Assembly (NCBI GenBank): GCA_964405835.1
Contig: CAYOPN010000003.1
Coordinates: 29,273 to 93,272, forward strand
Direction of reading: 5' to 3'
Source: an uncultured Elusimicrobia bacterium
GTDB lineage: Bacteria > Elusimicrobiota > Elusimicrobia > F11
Length of the DNA stretch: 64,000 nucleotides
A program made the translations under genes and the position numbers. Positions 9,388 to 18,800 of the stretch are shown here, piece by piece (the stretch's first letter is position 1; every line of letters begins with the position of its first letter). The notes beneath the pieces were generated by a model that saw only the letters and a list, made by a program, of their open reading frames with translations, did not search any database and was not told the DNA's origin.

Positions 9388-10003
9388 AGAAGAAGGACAT
9401 ACCGTTTCCCAGGCCGCGGATGGCCAAGAAGGCCTTAAAGCCGCGCTTTCCGGCGAGAATGAGTTCATTATTCTCGACCTCATGCTCCCCAAAATGGACG
9501 GCATCGCCCTCTGCAGGAAGGTCCGCGAGAGCGGCATCGAGACCCCCATCGTGATGCTGACCGCCAAAGACGCGCTGGAAAACCGGATCGAAGGACTCGA
9601 AACCGGCGCCGATGACTACCTCGTAAAACCATTTGCTTTCGGCGAACTCCTGGCCCGCATCAAGGCCGTGGCCCGGCGAAAAAATTCCGAGCCGCAAACC
9701 ACCATTGAAATTGCCGGGCTTGCCATCGACCTGGTCCGCCACAAGGTCTCTTACGAAGACAAGAACGTGGAACTCACCAGCCGCGAGTTCGCGCTGCTGC
9801 AGCATTTCATGAAGCGGCGCGACCACGTGCTCAGCCGGACCATGATCATTGAATCGGTGTGGGGCTACGACTTCCAGGCCGGCACCAATATCATCGATGT
9901 GTACATCAATTTTCTCCGGCGAAAACTCCACAAACTGACCGGAAAAGAATGGATCCGCACCGTGCGCAACCGCGGATATGTTTTTGAAGAACCCGCCGAA
10001 TGA
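9326..10003 (+). CDS. OmpR-family two-component response regulator (PmrA/BasR-like; candidate regulator of the arn operon)
   Basis: MKVLIIEDD...ILDLMLPKMDG...LTAKDA receiver domain, then winged-helix ...IRTVRNRGYVFE. Confidence 0.8.
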   Translation: MKVLIIEDDKTIRSFIAKGLKEEGHTVSQAADGQEGLKAALSGENEFIILDLMLPKMDGIALCRKVRESGIETPIVMLTAKDALENRIEGLETGADDYLVKPFAFGELLARIKAVARRKNSEPQTTIEIAGLAIDLVRHKVSYEDKNVELTSREFALLQHFMKRRDHVLSRTMIIESVWGYDFQAGTNIIDVYINFLRRKLHKLTGKEWIRTVRNRGYVFEEPAE

Positions 10004-11373
10004 AGTTCTCCATCCGCACCAGGCTGACGTTCATTTTTGTTTTGGTCTTTGCGGCGCTCTTGGTCCTGTTCACGGGCGTGGTCTATTACATTCTCTCTTC
10101 CAACCTTCACAAGGACCTCGTCGAAGATTCCCTTCACGACATGAGCGTCATGACCACCAACATGACCAAGAAAAATTGGCGGGATGAAGTCAATGAAATG
10201 CCGGACGAAGCGGATGAATTCCGCCTTTTAATAAAAGTTTTCGATCCCGAGGGACGCCCGCTTATTCTGGCCGGAAAATTCCTTCCCGAGGATTGGCCCA
10301 CCGATTTAGGGGAATTAAAACGTTCCTTGACTGGCCCGCAATGGTCGGAGTCGGAAATAAACGAGACACCCTATCTCGTGTTGACCCAATCTTTTGTCCC
10401 TCCCGGCCAAAAACCGCATTTTGTCCAAATTGCCAACTCCGGTGTGGACGGGGAACGAATACGCAACCAATTCATCAATTGTGTGAACATTGGGACCCCC
10501 ATCATCTTGTTGGTTGCCGGATTTGCCGGTTTCTTTTTTTCCCGGCGGGCGTTATTGCCTGTTGCCCGCATCAGTGAACGCGCCCAACGAATCAACACCG
10601 ACAACCTGCACGAAAGGCTGAGTTACGACGGCCCCAACGACGAGCTTCAGCATCTGACCGATACGTTAAACGGCATGTTGGGCCGCGTTCAAAAATCCGT
10701 CGAGCAAATGCGGGGGTTTATCGCCGACGCGTCCCATGAATTGCGGATCCCTATTACGGGACTGCGGGGAACGCTGGAAGTCGCGCTGCGCAACGACCGT
10801 TCGAAGGAAGACTATAAACAGGTGGTCGAAACCGCCTACAGCGAATCGGAACGGTTAAGCGAATTGGTATGGGACCTGCTTTCCCTGGCCCGCTCGGACG
10901 CCGGAGAAATGAAGGTTGAAAAAACCAGGGTCGACCTTGGGCCCTTTATCCGCAATGTGTTTGAGGAAGCCAACATCATTAATTCCGAAAAACAAGTGGC
11001 GGTCCGCCTTGGAAATGTTCCCCAAGGGACCGGCCTCTTTGATGAAACCAAAGTCCACCAATTGCTGATCAACCTGATTGAAAACGCGATCCGTTACAAC
11101 AAGTCCGGAGGAGAAGTGGTCCTCTCCGGAGAAATAAAACCTGGAACGCTTCTTTTCTCCGTTAAAGACACCGGAATTGGAATATCCAAGGCCGACCTCC
11201 CACGCATATTCGACCGTTTTTACCGCGTGGACAAGGCCCGCTCGCGTGAAGCAGGCGGGACCGGCTTGGGCCTCTCCATTGCCAAGTCCATCGCAGAAGC
11301 GCACGGCGGATCGTTGACGGTCGCGAGCACGCTCGGCAACGGGTCTGAATTTACGCTGAAGCTACCTGTTTAG
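10000..11373 (+). CDS. Sensor histidine kinase (PmrB/BasS-like): two TM segments, HAMP, HisKA, HATPase_c
   Basis: H-box ADASHELRIPITGL; N/G boxes IENAIRYN, DTGIGI, GGTGLGLSIAK. ATGA overlap with the RR gene. Confidence 0.8.
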   Translation: MKFSIRTRLTFIFVLVFAALLVLFTGVVYYILSSNLHKDLVEDSLHDMSVMTTNMTKKNWRDEVNEMPDEADEFRLLIKVFDPEGRPLILAGKFLPEDWPTDLGELKRSLTGPQWSESEINETPYLVLTQSFVPPGQKPHFVQIANSGVDGERIRNQFINCVNIGTPIILLVAGFAGFFFSRRALLPVARISERAQRINTDNLHERLSYDGPNDELQHLTDTLNGMLGRVQKSVEQMRGFIADASHELRIPITGLRGTLEVALRNDRSKEDYKQVVETAYSESERLSELVWDLLSLARSDAGEMKVEKTRVDLGPFIRNVFEEANIINSEKQVAVRLGNVPQGTGLFDETKVHQLLINLIENAIRYNKSGGEVVLSGEIKPGTLLFSVKDTGIGISKADLPRIFDRFYRVDKARSREAGGTGLGLSIAKSIAEAHGGSLTVASTLGNGSEFTLKLPV

Positions 11374-11390
11374 TACACTCCGCGCCCGAG

Positions 11391-11455
11391 GTCGCTAAAC
11401 AGCTCAGCGACCGAGCCGGCTTGGTCGCCGCGCCGTTTGGCGACCGTGGCAAAAA
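11391..11455. repeat. Two adjacent 7-bp-stem/9-nt-loop hairpins (GGTCGCT-aaacagctc-AGCGACC and GGTCGCC-gcgccgttt-GGCGACC) within a ~45-bp sequence that is repeated at 11765-11810
   Basis: Hairpin A 11400-11422, hairpin B 11433-11455. ctccgcgcccgaggtcgctaaacagctcagcgaccgagccggc is repeated (1 indel, ~3 mismatches) as ttccgcgctcgaaggtcgctaaacagctcagcgaccaagccggc. Confidence 0.6.
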
Positions 11456-11506
11456 TCAGCAAGTCCCAATAATTCCTTCCAAAAACCACCCCTCCATGGA
11501 GTACCC

Positions 11507-11752
11507 ATGGAATATTACGTCTACATCCTTAAGAGCCTAAAGTCAGATCGCACATATGTCGGCATGACTTCGAATGTCGACCAACGTTTAGCGGAACATA
11601 ATCGCGGGAAATGCCCAACAACAAGCATTGGAATTCCGTGGAAGTTATTACGAGCTGAGAAGCATCCGAATAGCGATAGAGCTCGAAGAAGGGAAAAGTA
11701 TTTAAAAAGCGGAGATGGACGATTAACACTTAAATCGTGGGTCGGAAAATGA
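11507..11752 (+). CDS. GIY-YIG nuclease family protein (UPF0213-like), low-GC gene
   Basis: MEYYVYILKSLKSDRTYVGMTSNVDQRLAEHN matches the GIY-YIG motif (YVYIL...YVG...R..EH). GC visibly lower (~44%) than flanks; flanked by direct repeats. Confidence 0.75.
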   Translation: MEYYVYILKSLKSDRTYVGMTSNVDQRLAEHNRGKCPTTSIGIPWKLLRAEKHPNSDRARRREKYLKSGDGRLTLKSWVGK

Positions 11753-11764
11753 TTTTGATATATT

Positions 11765-11798
11765 CCGCGCTCGAAGGTCGCTAAACAGCTCAGCGACC
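11765..11798. repeat. Second copy of hairpin A (GGTCGCT-aaacagctc-AGCGACC) immediately 5' of tRNA-Leu
   Basis: 11776-11798 hairpin; direct repeat of 11391-11430. Confidence 0.6.
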
Positions 11799-11800
11799 AA

Positions 11801-11883
11801 GCCGGCGTGGCGGAATGGCAGACGCGTCAGACTCAAAATCTGATACTCGCAAGGGTGTGTAGGTTCAAGTCCTATCGCCGGTA
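11801..11883 (+). tRNA. tRNA-Leu (anticodon CAA), long variable arm, CCA not encoded
   Basis: Acceptor GCCGGCG/CGCCGGT; D-stem GCG/CGC; anticodon stem TCAGA/TCTGA with loop CTCAAAA (CAA); long variable arm TACTCGCAAGGGTGTG; T-arm GTAGG-TTCAAGT-CCTAT; discriminator A. Confidence 0.7.
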
Positions 11884-11949
11884 CTCTTAGCCCTCCTTAG
11901 TGCAATCCCGAAGTAAGCAAAAGCAGCGCCACTCTTTTGCTTAATTTGT

Positions 11950-11969
11950 ATATTCGCTTAAGCGAATAT
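11950..11969. promoter_or_regulatory. Perfect 20-bp palindrome ATATTCGCTTAAGCGAATAT overlapping the arsR start codon: candidate ArsR autoregulatory operator
   Basis: revcomp(ATATTCGCTT)=AAGCGAATAT; arsR ATG at 11968-11970 lies inside the right arm. Confidence 0.5.
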
Positions 11970-12315
11970 GTCAAACATCAAACTTGATCAATTGTTTAAG
12001 GCCTTTGCCGATGAAAGCCGGCTGCGGATCCTGAGTTTGCTTGTGCGCGGAGAGCTTTGCGTGTGCGACGTCATGGACGTTCTTAAGTTGCCTCAAGCCA
12101 AAGTTTCCCGCCATCTCGCCTACCTACGGAAGTGCGGACTGGTCGAAACGCGGAGAGACGGCCAATGGATTTATTACGCGCTCGGGAAACCCGGCGGCCC
12201 TTTCCACAAACGGCTGCTCGATTGCCTCGATGGATGTTTCGACGAAGCGCCCATTTTTAAACGCGACGCCAAGGCGCTTCAGGCGATCACCAAAAAGAAC
12301 AATGCCTGCTGCTAA
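11968..12315 (+). CDS. arsR: ArsR/SmtB-family metalloregulator
   Basis: ESRLRILSLLVRGELCVCDVMDVLKLPQAKVSRHLAYLRKCGLV: the ELCVCD metal-binding motif plus an HTH. Confidence 0.85.
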   Translation: MSNIKLDQLFKAFADESRLRILSLLVRGELCVCDVMDVLKLPQAKVSRHLAYLRKCGLVETRRDGQWIYYALGKPGGPFHKRLLDCLDGCFDEAPIFKRDAKALQAITKKNNACC

Positions 12316-12970
12316 ATTCGTGGCCGAAGCGATCGGCACTTTTTGCCTGGTTTTTGCGGGAACGGGGGCCATTGTTGTGGACCGGTTATCGGGCGGCACG
12401 GTGACACACCTCGGCGTTAGCCTGGTGTTCGGCCTGATTGTGCTCGCGATGATCTATTCCATCGGCCCCATTTCCGGGGCCCACATGAACCCGGCGGTGA
12501 CCATCGGTTTTTGGTCGGCCGGCCGCGTTTCTTTTCCGGAAATTGCCCCCTACGTTGCCGCCCAGTTGATTGGCGCGTTCGCCGCCAGCGGCTTGCTCGC
12601 CTTGATGTTTGGCCGGACAACAGCGGACCTCGGCGCCACTATTCCCTCGGGAACGTGGCAACAAAGTTTCGTTATGGAATTTGTGCTGACGTTTATCCTC
12701 ATGTTCGTCGTGATGGGCGTGGCCCACGACAACCGGGCCGAAGGCGTCATGGCCGGCGTGGCGATCGGGGCCGTTGTCGCCTTGGAAGCGGTAATAGGAG
12801 GGCCCATCTCAGGCGCGTCGATGAACCCGGCCCGCTCGTTCGCGCCCGCCGTCGTCTCGGGGAATTTGGCCCATCAATGGATTTACTGGGTCGCGCCGGT
12901 CGCGGGAAGCATCGCCGCGACGGCCGTCCAAACAAAGATGCTGTTGCCCCGGAGGAGTCCCCATGCCTAA
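12302..12970 (+). CDS. MIP-family aquaglyceroporin (AqpS-like arsenite channel in an ars operon)
   Basis: Two NPA boxes (GAHMNPAVT, GASMNPARS) and 6 TM segments. Start MPAAKFVAEAIG at 12302; track ORF 12041.. is an upstream in-frame read-through of the arsR-overlapping frame. Confidence 0.8.
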   Translation: MPAAKFVAEAIGTFCLVFAGTGAIVVDRLSGGTVTHLGVSLVFGLIVLAMIYSIGPISGAHMNPAVTIGFWSAGRVSFPEIAPYVAAQLIGAFAASGLLALMFGRTTADLGATIPSGTWQQSFVMEFVLTFILMFVVMGVAHDNRAEGVMAGVAIGAVVALEAVIGGPISGASMNPARSFAPAVVSGNLAHQWIYWVAPVAGSIAATAVQTKMLLPRRSPHA

Positions 12971-13436
12971 AACAAAAGTGTTGTTCGTGTGCATTCATAA
13001 TTCGGCCCGCAGCCAGATGGCCGAAGCGTTTTTAAAAAAATTCGGCGGGGAAAAATTTGAGGTTGAAAGCGCGGGCATTGAACCCGGGAAACTCAACCCT
13101 CTGGTTGTCGACGTGATGAAAGAAATCGGTATCGACATTTCAAACAACCAGACCAAGCAGGTCTTCGACTTCGTGAAACGGGGTGACTTATTCCATTACG
13201 TCATTACGGTCTGCGACGAAACCAGCGCCGAACGGTGCCCCGTTTTCCCCGGCGTCACCAAACGTATCCATTGGAGTTTTTCAGATCCGTCGAGCTTTCA
13301 AGGTCCCTATGAAGAGCCGCTCGAGAAAACCAGGCGGGTGCGCGAAGAAATCTCCACCAAGGTGGCCGCGTTCGCTACTTCATTAACCGCGCATCCGCCA
13401 ACCACGCGGTATACTGCAGCGCCCCCTCCTCGTTGA
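12963..13436 (+). CDS. arsC: Arsenate reductase, LMW-PTP/thioredoxin-coupled type
   Basis: VLFVCIHNSARSQMAE (CX5R P-loop), GIDIS, VITVCDETSAERCP (Cys82/Cys89 equivalents) cf. B. subtilis ArsC. 8-nt overlap with the aquaporin gene. Confidence 0.85.
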   Translation: MPKTKVLFVCIHNSARSQMAEAFLKKFGGEKFEVESAGIEPGKLNPLVVDVMKEIGIDISNNQTKQVFDFVKRGDLFHYVITVCDETSAERCPVFPGVTKRIHWSFSDPSSFQGPYEEPLEKTRRVREEISTKVAAFATSLTAHPPTTRYTAAPPPR

Positions 13437-14382
13437 TGTGGATATCGTCTGCAAAATACTCTTCCGGAAAAACCACGCTCTCTCCGATATAAAAGAACCC
13501 TTTTTTCCCTTCCACCAACGTTGAAAGGGCCGAGTCCAGTTTTCGGAGGTTTTCCCGCGAACAGGGTTCTTTGATGAGCGATTCCCGCACCGGCGGTTTC
13601 ACAATCACCACGCGCAGCGAACCATCCGATGCCAATGCCGCCAATGATTCCAACGCCTTCTCGCTCATGGGAGAAACCACGGGCGTCTCAGGACACGAAA
13701 CGCCGGAGGACGAAGGGATCTCTTCATAAACCACATAGTCCCGTGTTTGGCCGGTTTTCTTCGTTCCAATCTGGATGGATTGGAACCCCAGCGGCGACAA
13801 CTCAATGTTCTTCTTAAACTGATGCCGCTCGAAAACCAGATCGAACGGATTGATTGAATACGATGGAATCAGACGCAACAACAACCCTTTCACGAGTTGG
13901 ACCGGACGTTTCCATAAAACGGCGACAGGAGACGGTTCGAGCGCAAACCAATCGGCCCAGGAAATGGGCAGCCGGGCCCAATCGTTATTGATCTCGTTTT
14001 GCTGCCATCCTGACAATGAATTAATAATCAGGAGCGTGCGTGGAAGCCGGCCGTGCCGTTTCAAATGTCGCGGCAACCACGCCAGTTGGAGCGGGCCCGC
14101 GAGCCGGTAGGTATTGAGATTCAGGCTTGTTCCCCCTCCCAATTTTTGAAAGAGGGCGGGTTCAAACGCATCAAGTCCACTCGAATCACCGATGCTGATC
14201 ACGTCATACCGCGGGCCGTCTTTGACCAAATCCCACTTCAACTCAACAATGCCGAACTCGCGCTTGTCCCAAAACGTTTTGGCGATAGGCCTCGTCGCGA
14301 TCACAAAAATTAAAAACAAAAAAACGGCCGATGCCCACATCGCTGTGACCCGGACCACTTTTTTGTTGTCGGAATTTTGCAT
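13375..14382 (-). CDS. Membrane-anchored SGNH/AlgX-AlgJ-DltD-like partner of the MBOAT acyltransferase
   Basis: N-terminal TM (VVRVTAMWASAVFLFLIFVIA); C-terminal DDIHINEEG resembles the SGNH block V (DxxH). Gene sits immediately downstream of the MBOAT gene. Confidence 0.5.
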   Translation of the reverse strand: MQNSDNKKVVRVTAMWASAVFLFLIFVIATRPIAKTFWDKREFGIVELKWDLVKDGPRYDVISIGDSSGLDAFEPALFQKLGGGTSLNLNTYRLAGPLQLAWLPRHLKRHGRLPRTLLIINSLSGWQQNEINNDWARLPISWADWFALEPSPVAVLWKRPVQLVKGLLLRLIPSYSINPFDLVFERHQFKKNIELSPLGFQSIQIGTKKTGQTRDYVVYEEIPSSSGVSCPETPVVSPMSEKALESLAALASDGSLRVVIVKPPVRESLIKEPCSRENLRKLDSALSTLVEGKKGFFYIGESVVFPEEYFADDIHINEEGALQYTAWLADARLMK

Positions 14383-14384
14383 GG

Positions 14385-15827
14385 CTAGAAATTGAAATAA
14401 ATGAATTCGGCGGGCGCGTACGTTTTAAACACGTAGAGCACCATCAAACACAAACCGTAGACGCCGCCGCGGACCATTGCCGGCATACGGACAATGATTT
14501 CCAAATCGTTTTTGCGGTACTGAAAATACTGATAAATCAAAAGCGGGAGCGTGCAGACGAGAAATACCGTCAAGAACTCGGGCGTCCGGCGTGAGAATTC
14601 GAGCGATGTGTGGCCCAACATATAAAGCGCCGTTTTCACCGAATCCGCCCGGAAGAACATCCAACCGGCCATAACGACGAAGAGCGTTAGAAAATGACTT
14701 AGTAATGATGGAAGCTTCACGTGCCAGGGTTTGTCTTTCGAGTTGGACCAGATGCGAAAAACCACCAGCGCCATGCCGTGCATAAGCCCCCACGCCAAAA
14801 ATGTCCAATTCGCCCCGTGCCAGAAGCCGGCCAGCAGCATGGTAAAAAGCAAGTTCACGGTAGTCCGACGGAGACCGCGTTCGTTTCCGCCGAGCGGAAT
14901 ATAAACGTAGTCCCGGAACCAAAAGGACATCGTTATATGCCAACGGCGCCAAAACTCCTGAATATTTCTCGCGAAATACGGAAGATTGAAATTAAGCGCG
15001 AGTTCAAAACCCATCAACCGCGACAGACCGCGGGCCATGTCCGAATAAGCGGAGAAGTCGCAATAGATTTGAAAGCCGAAGCACACGGCCGCCAACGGAT
15101 AATCAAAACCCGCGAACGCGGCTGGCTGCGAAAAAACCGGTTCAACGACGGCCGCCAAATTGTCCGCCATCAATATCTTCTTCACGTAACCCAGCACGAT
15201 TAGCGAGAGCCCCGCATCAATATCCTCGATGCGGAGCACGCGCGGCCGTTTGATTTGCGGCAACAAGTCACCGGCGCGATCAACGGGACCGGCCACCAAC
15301 TGCGGAAAGAAAGTGACGAAAAGCGCGAAATCGATGAAGTTACGCTCGGGTCCGATTTTCCGCCGGTACACATCGATGGTGTAGGCCAGGTTTTGGAACG
15401 TGTAGAACGAAATGCCGGAAGGCAAAACAAGATTTAAAACCACAAAATCCGGCTGCATTCCGAACGACCGCAAAAGATCGGCGAAGCTCGCAACGAAAAA
15501 CCCGTAGTACTTGAACAATCCGAGCACGCCCAGATTAATGATCGCCGAATAAGCGACCAGCGCTTTCCGGGCCTTGGGGTTCTCCGTCTCCGACAACCAC
15601 TTGGTCGCGGTGAAATCGACCACCGTCGACAAGCCGATCAACAATGTAAAACGCCACTCCACGTACGAATAAATAAAAAGGCTTCCGATAAGCAGAACGA
15701 CGTTTTGAAGTTTGTGGTGTTTATGAAGGATTAAATAGGCGAGGTAGGTGTAAAGAAAGTATTCGACGAAGGTCAGGGAGTTAAACGCCATCGCGGAGCA
15801 TGATAGGAAATGGCCAAATCGATGCAA
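14385..15827 (-). CDS. MBOAT-family membrane O-acyltransferase (AlgI/DltB/PatA-like)
   Basis: Conserved His region FWRRWHITMSFWFRDYVYIPLGGNERG; multi-TM. Confidence 0.85.
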   Translation of the reverse strand: MHRFGHFLSCSAMAFNSLTFVEYFLYTYLAYLILHKHHKLQNVVLLIGSLFIYSYVEWRFTLLIGLSTVVDFTATKWLSETENPKARKALVAYSAIINLGVLGLFKYYGFFVASFADLLRSFGMQPDFVVLNLVLPSGISFYTFQNLAYTIDVYRRKIGPERNFIDFALFVTFFPQLVAGPVDRAGDLLPQIKRPRVLRIEDIDAGLSLIVLGYVKKILMADNLAAVVEPVFSQPAAFAGFDYPLAAVCFGFQIYCDFSAYSDMARGLSRLMGFELALNFNLPYFARNIQEFWRRWHITMSFWFRDYVYIPLGGNERGLRRTTVNLLFTMLLAGFWHGANWTFLAWGLMHGMALVVFRIWSNSKDKPWHVKLPSLLSHFLTLFVVMAGWMFFRADSVKTALYMLGHTSLEFSRRTPEFLTVFLVCTLPLLIYQYFQYRKNDLEIIVRMPAMVRGGVYGLCLMVLYVFKTYAPAEFIYFNF

Positions 15828-15891
15828 TACATACGCGGAGCCATGTCCGGAATCATCTTGACTTCCTACTCAATAGAGATTAAATAAACAT

Positions 15892-18800
15892 ATGCAGGAC
15901 CGAGGCAGATACATGCGAAAGACAATTTTCACGCTGATTTTTCCGTCACTTTTGGCGCCTGCCGTCGCGATGGCGCTCGACTGCGCCAATCCGGCACAGT
16001 TTATCGGCCACGGTCCGGATCCTTTCATTCCCTACGTCGCTTATCCCGGCTACGTCGCGCCCGGCCAATCGTTGATTGAATCCATCCAAGACGGCCCATG
16101 GGAATCGCCCGCCACGTGGGCAGGCAATATTGTCCCGTCCCCCAATAACGTTGTCATCATCAAGCACCGCGTCACCCTCAACTCCACCGTTCGCGTCGCC
16201 GATACCGCGGTCATTTCCACTGGCAAACTGACTTTCAATTCGACCCTTGATACGCGACTTGAACTGGGGACGCTTCAAGTGGTGTGCGGACAGCTCGAAA
16301 TCGGCACCGAAAACGCTCCGGTCGAAAGCAACCGCAAAGCCGAAATAGTTTTTCTCGATATTCCAATTAATACCACGCGCGACCCCGGCCAATACAACAA
16401 CGGCCTGGTCGTGATAGATGGCAAGGTGACGATCCATGGCGCACCGAAGATGGACACATTCCTTCGCCTGGCGGCCGAAGCGCCGGCGGGCGCCTCCATG
16501 GTGACGCTTGAAAACCCAACGACCGGGTGGAAACCGGGCGACCTGCTCATGTTTCACGATACGCGCCAATATACGAACACGACGCGGCCGGACATCCCCG
16601 AGGCGGATCACACCGTTCAAAGCGAAGTAATCCCCATCGCATCCATTTCCGGCGATGGCCGCAGCGTTACTTTGGCATCGTCACTGCAATATGCTCACAA
16701 GGGCGCCCGCGACGGAGATGACGTATTAATCTTTCGCCCCTGGGTCGGCAATCTGACGCGCAATGTCAACATCCGCTCGGCCAATCCCAATGGCACGCGC
16801 GGGCATATGTTGTTTATGCACCGCAGCCAAATCGACATTCGCTACGCTCAAATGTTTGAACTCGGCCGAACCAAAACGGATCCGCTCAACAACACCCTGT
16901 TCACTCCTTCCGGAAGTCCAACTCAGATCGGAACCAATCAGATCGGCCGCTACTCCGCGCATTTTCATCATGTTGCCGGTCCGCTTTCCACACCGGCCAA
17001 CGGCTATCAGTTCACCTTTCAAGGGAACTCGGTGTTTTCACTATTGGAAACCACCTCTTTTAAGTGGGGCATAGCTCTTCACAACAGCCATTTCGGTCTC
17101 ATCAAGGACAACGTTGTTTATAACTGGTCCGGCGCGGGCATTGTGGCAGAAGACGGCAATGAAACCGCTAACATGGTTGCTCACAATTTTGTGAATCGCC
17201 TGACCTACACGGGCACAGGCGAAGATTCGCGTAGCCGTGAGGACGTCGGCCATACAGGAGCTCCTTTTTGGTTTCGTGGCCCGAACAACATCATCCGCGA
17301 TAATGTGGCCAGCGGCGGGACCGGCGGATTCGCGATTGTTGTGGGAGCGATGGCCAATCCAACGACGCGTATCCCATTGGGACCTGGTTCAGACACAGCG
17401 GAGGCGGGTCAATACACGATGAAAGACATGATGGCCATCGCCATTCGCGAATTTGCACGCAACGAAGTCGCTGGGGCCACCATCATGGGATCGACCATCT
17501 GGAATGTCGGATCCCGGAACAATGTCACACCCGTAAATGAGATAGAAGAATCGGTCATCAAAGATTTCCGCGTGTGGCACGTTAGCTCGTATGTGTACTA
17601 CAACTATAAGACGAACCGTGTTACTTTTGATGGGGCGGTCTGCCTAGGTGACTTTCAAACCTTGAGAAACCTTACATCCGCCGCCGGCGCGTTTTTCTTC
17701 AGCGACTATGTCTCGTTCAATTTCAAAATCATCAACTCGAACATTCAAGGATTTTTGAATGGCATTTTAATCGGGCCCGTCGGTGACCAGACCATTGAAA
17801 ATACGTATATGCGTAATTACATCTCTATCATTAAGGTCCCAACATGGATGGCCAGTGGCGCGCCCGCTCCAGAACTACCGCCGCGCACCGTTACGCTGAA
17901 AAATGTGCGGTTTGTACCGACCGGAACGCCGTCACGCAACGACTGGGGAACACAGGCATTTATCCGATTGACCGGCATACCCCATGCGCGCGCGACCAAC
18001 TTGATTCAACGCGATCGCTTGTTTGTTTACAACCACAACGGCGTCGTGGGAGATAATTTCCGCGGATTTACTCCGGAACAAAAATTTGACGCGATCATGC
18101 CCAAGACACAAGTGCGCCAAGATGGCTGGATCGAGCTCCTCGCTTCTCCAGATGAAGGTTTGACCAATCAACAGAACCGCGATCTTCACGGCATCATGAC
18201 CGCGGGTGAAATTGCGCCGTGCCATGACACGCGCACCGGTATCATTGGATTTGTTTGTCCAATGGTAAACGATGCCACTCCGCCTTCAATACCACAAGGG
18301 CTTCAGGCGACCGTGGTCAGCGACAACCGGATCAATTTGACCTGGTCTGCCTCCAACGATCCGGAGTCCGATGTTGCCCAGTACAACATTTACAGGAATG
18401 GAGTCTTTATCCGGGAAACGCCCTCGACGAATTTTTCCGATACCGGTCTCAGAGAAGCGACGCAGTACCAATACGAAGTTTCAGCCGTAAATCTGGCGGA
18501 CATCGAATCGCCGAAAAGCGCACCCGCCTCCGCCACGACCCTTGTGGACAACACTCCTCCTCAACTCATGTCCGTGTTCGCCGCGGGAAATCCAAATTTC
18601 GTGAACGCGGTCTTCAACGAACCGGTCAATGAGGCCAGTGCGGAAAGCGTTTTAAATTACGTCATCAACCTCGGCGTGACAGTCCAGGCAGCGGTGCTTC
18701 AAGCCGACCTGAAAACAGTTGCTCTGACTGTTTCGGGTTTACTGGAAAATATTCAGTACCTGCTCACGGTCAATAACGTCACGGACCGTTCGCTTGCTGG

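Noticed and set aside
12041-12301. N-terminal 87 codons of the 309-aa track ORF preceding the aquaporin
   Set aside because: This segment is an alternative frame over arsR. The MIP-domain alignment and an in-frame ATG at 12302 (just before arsR's stop) define the real start.
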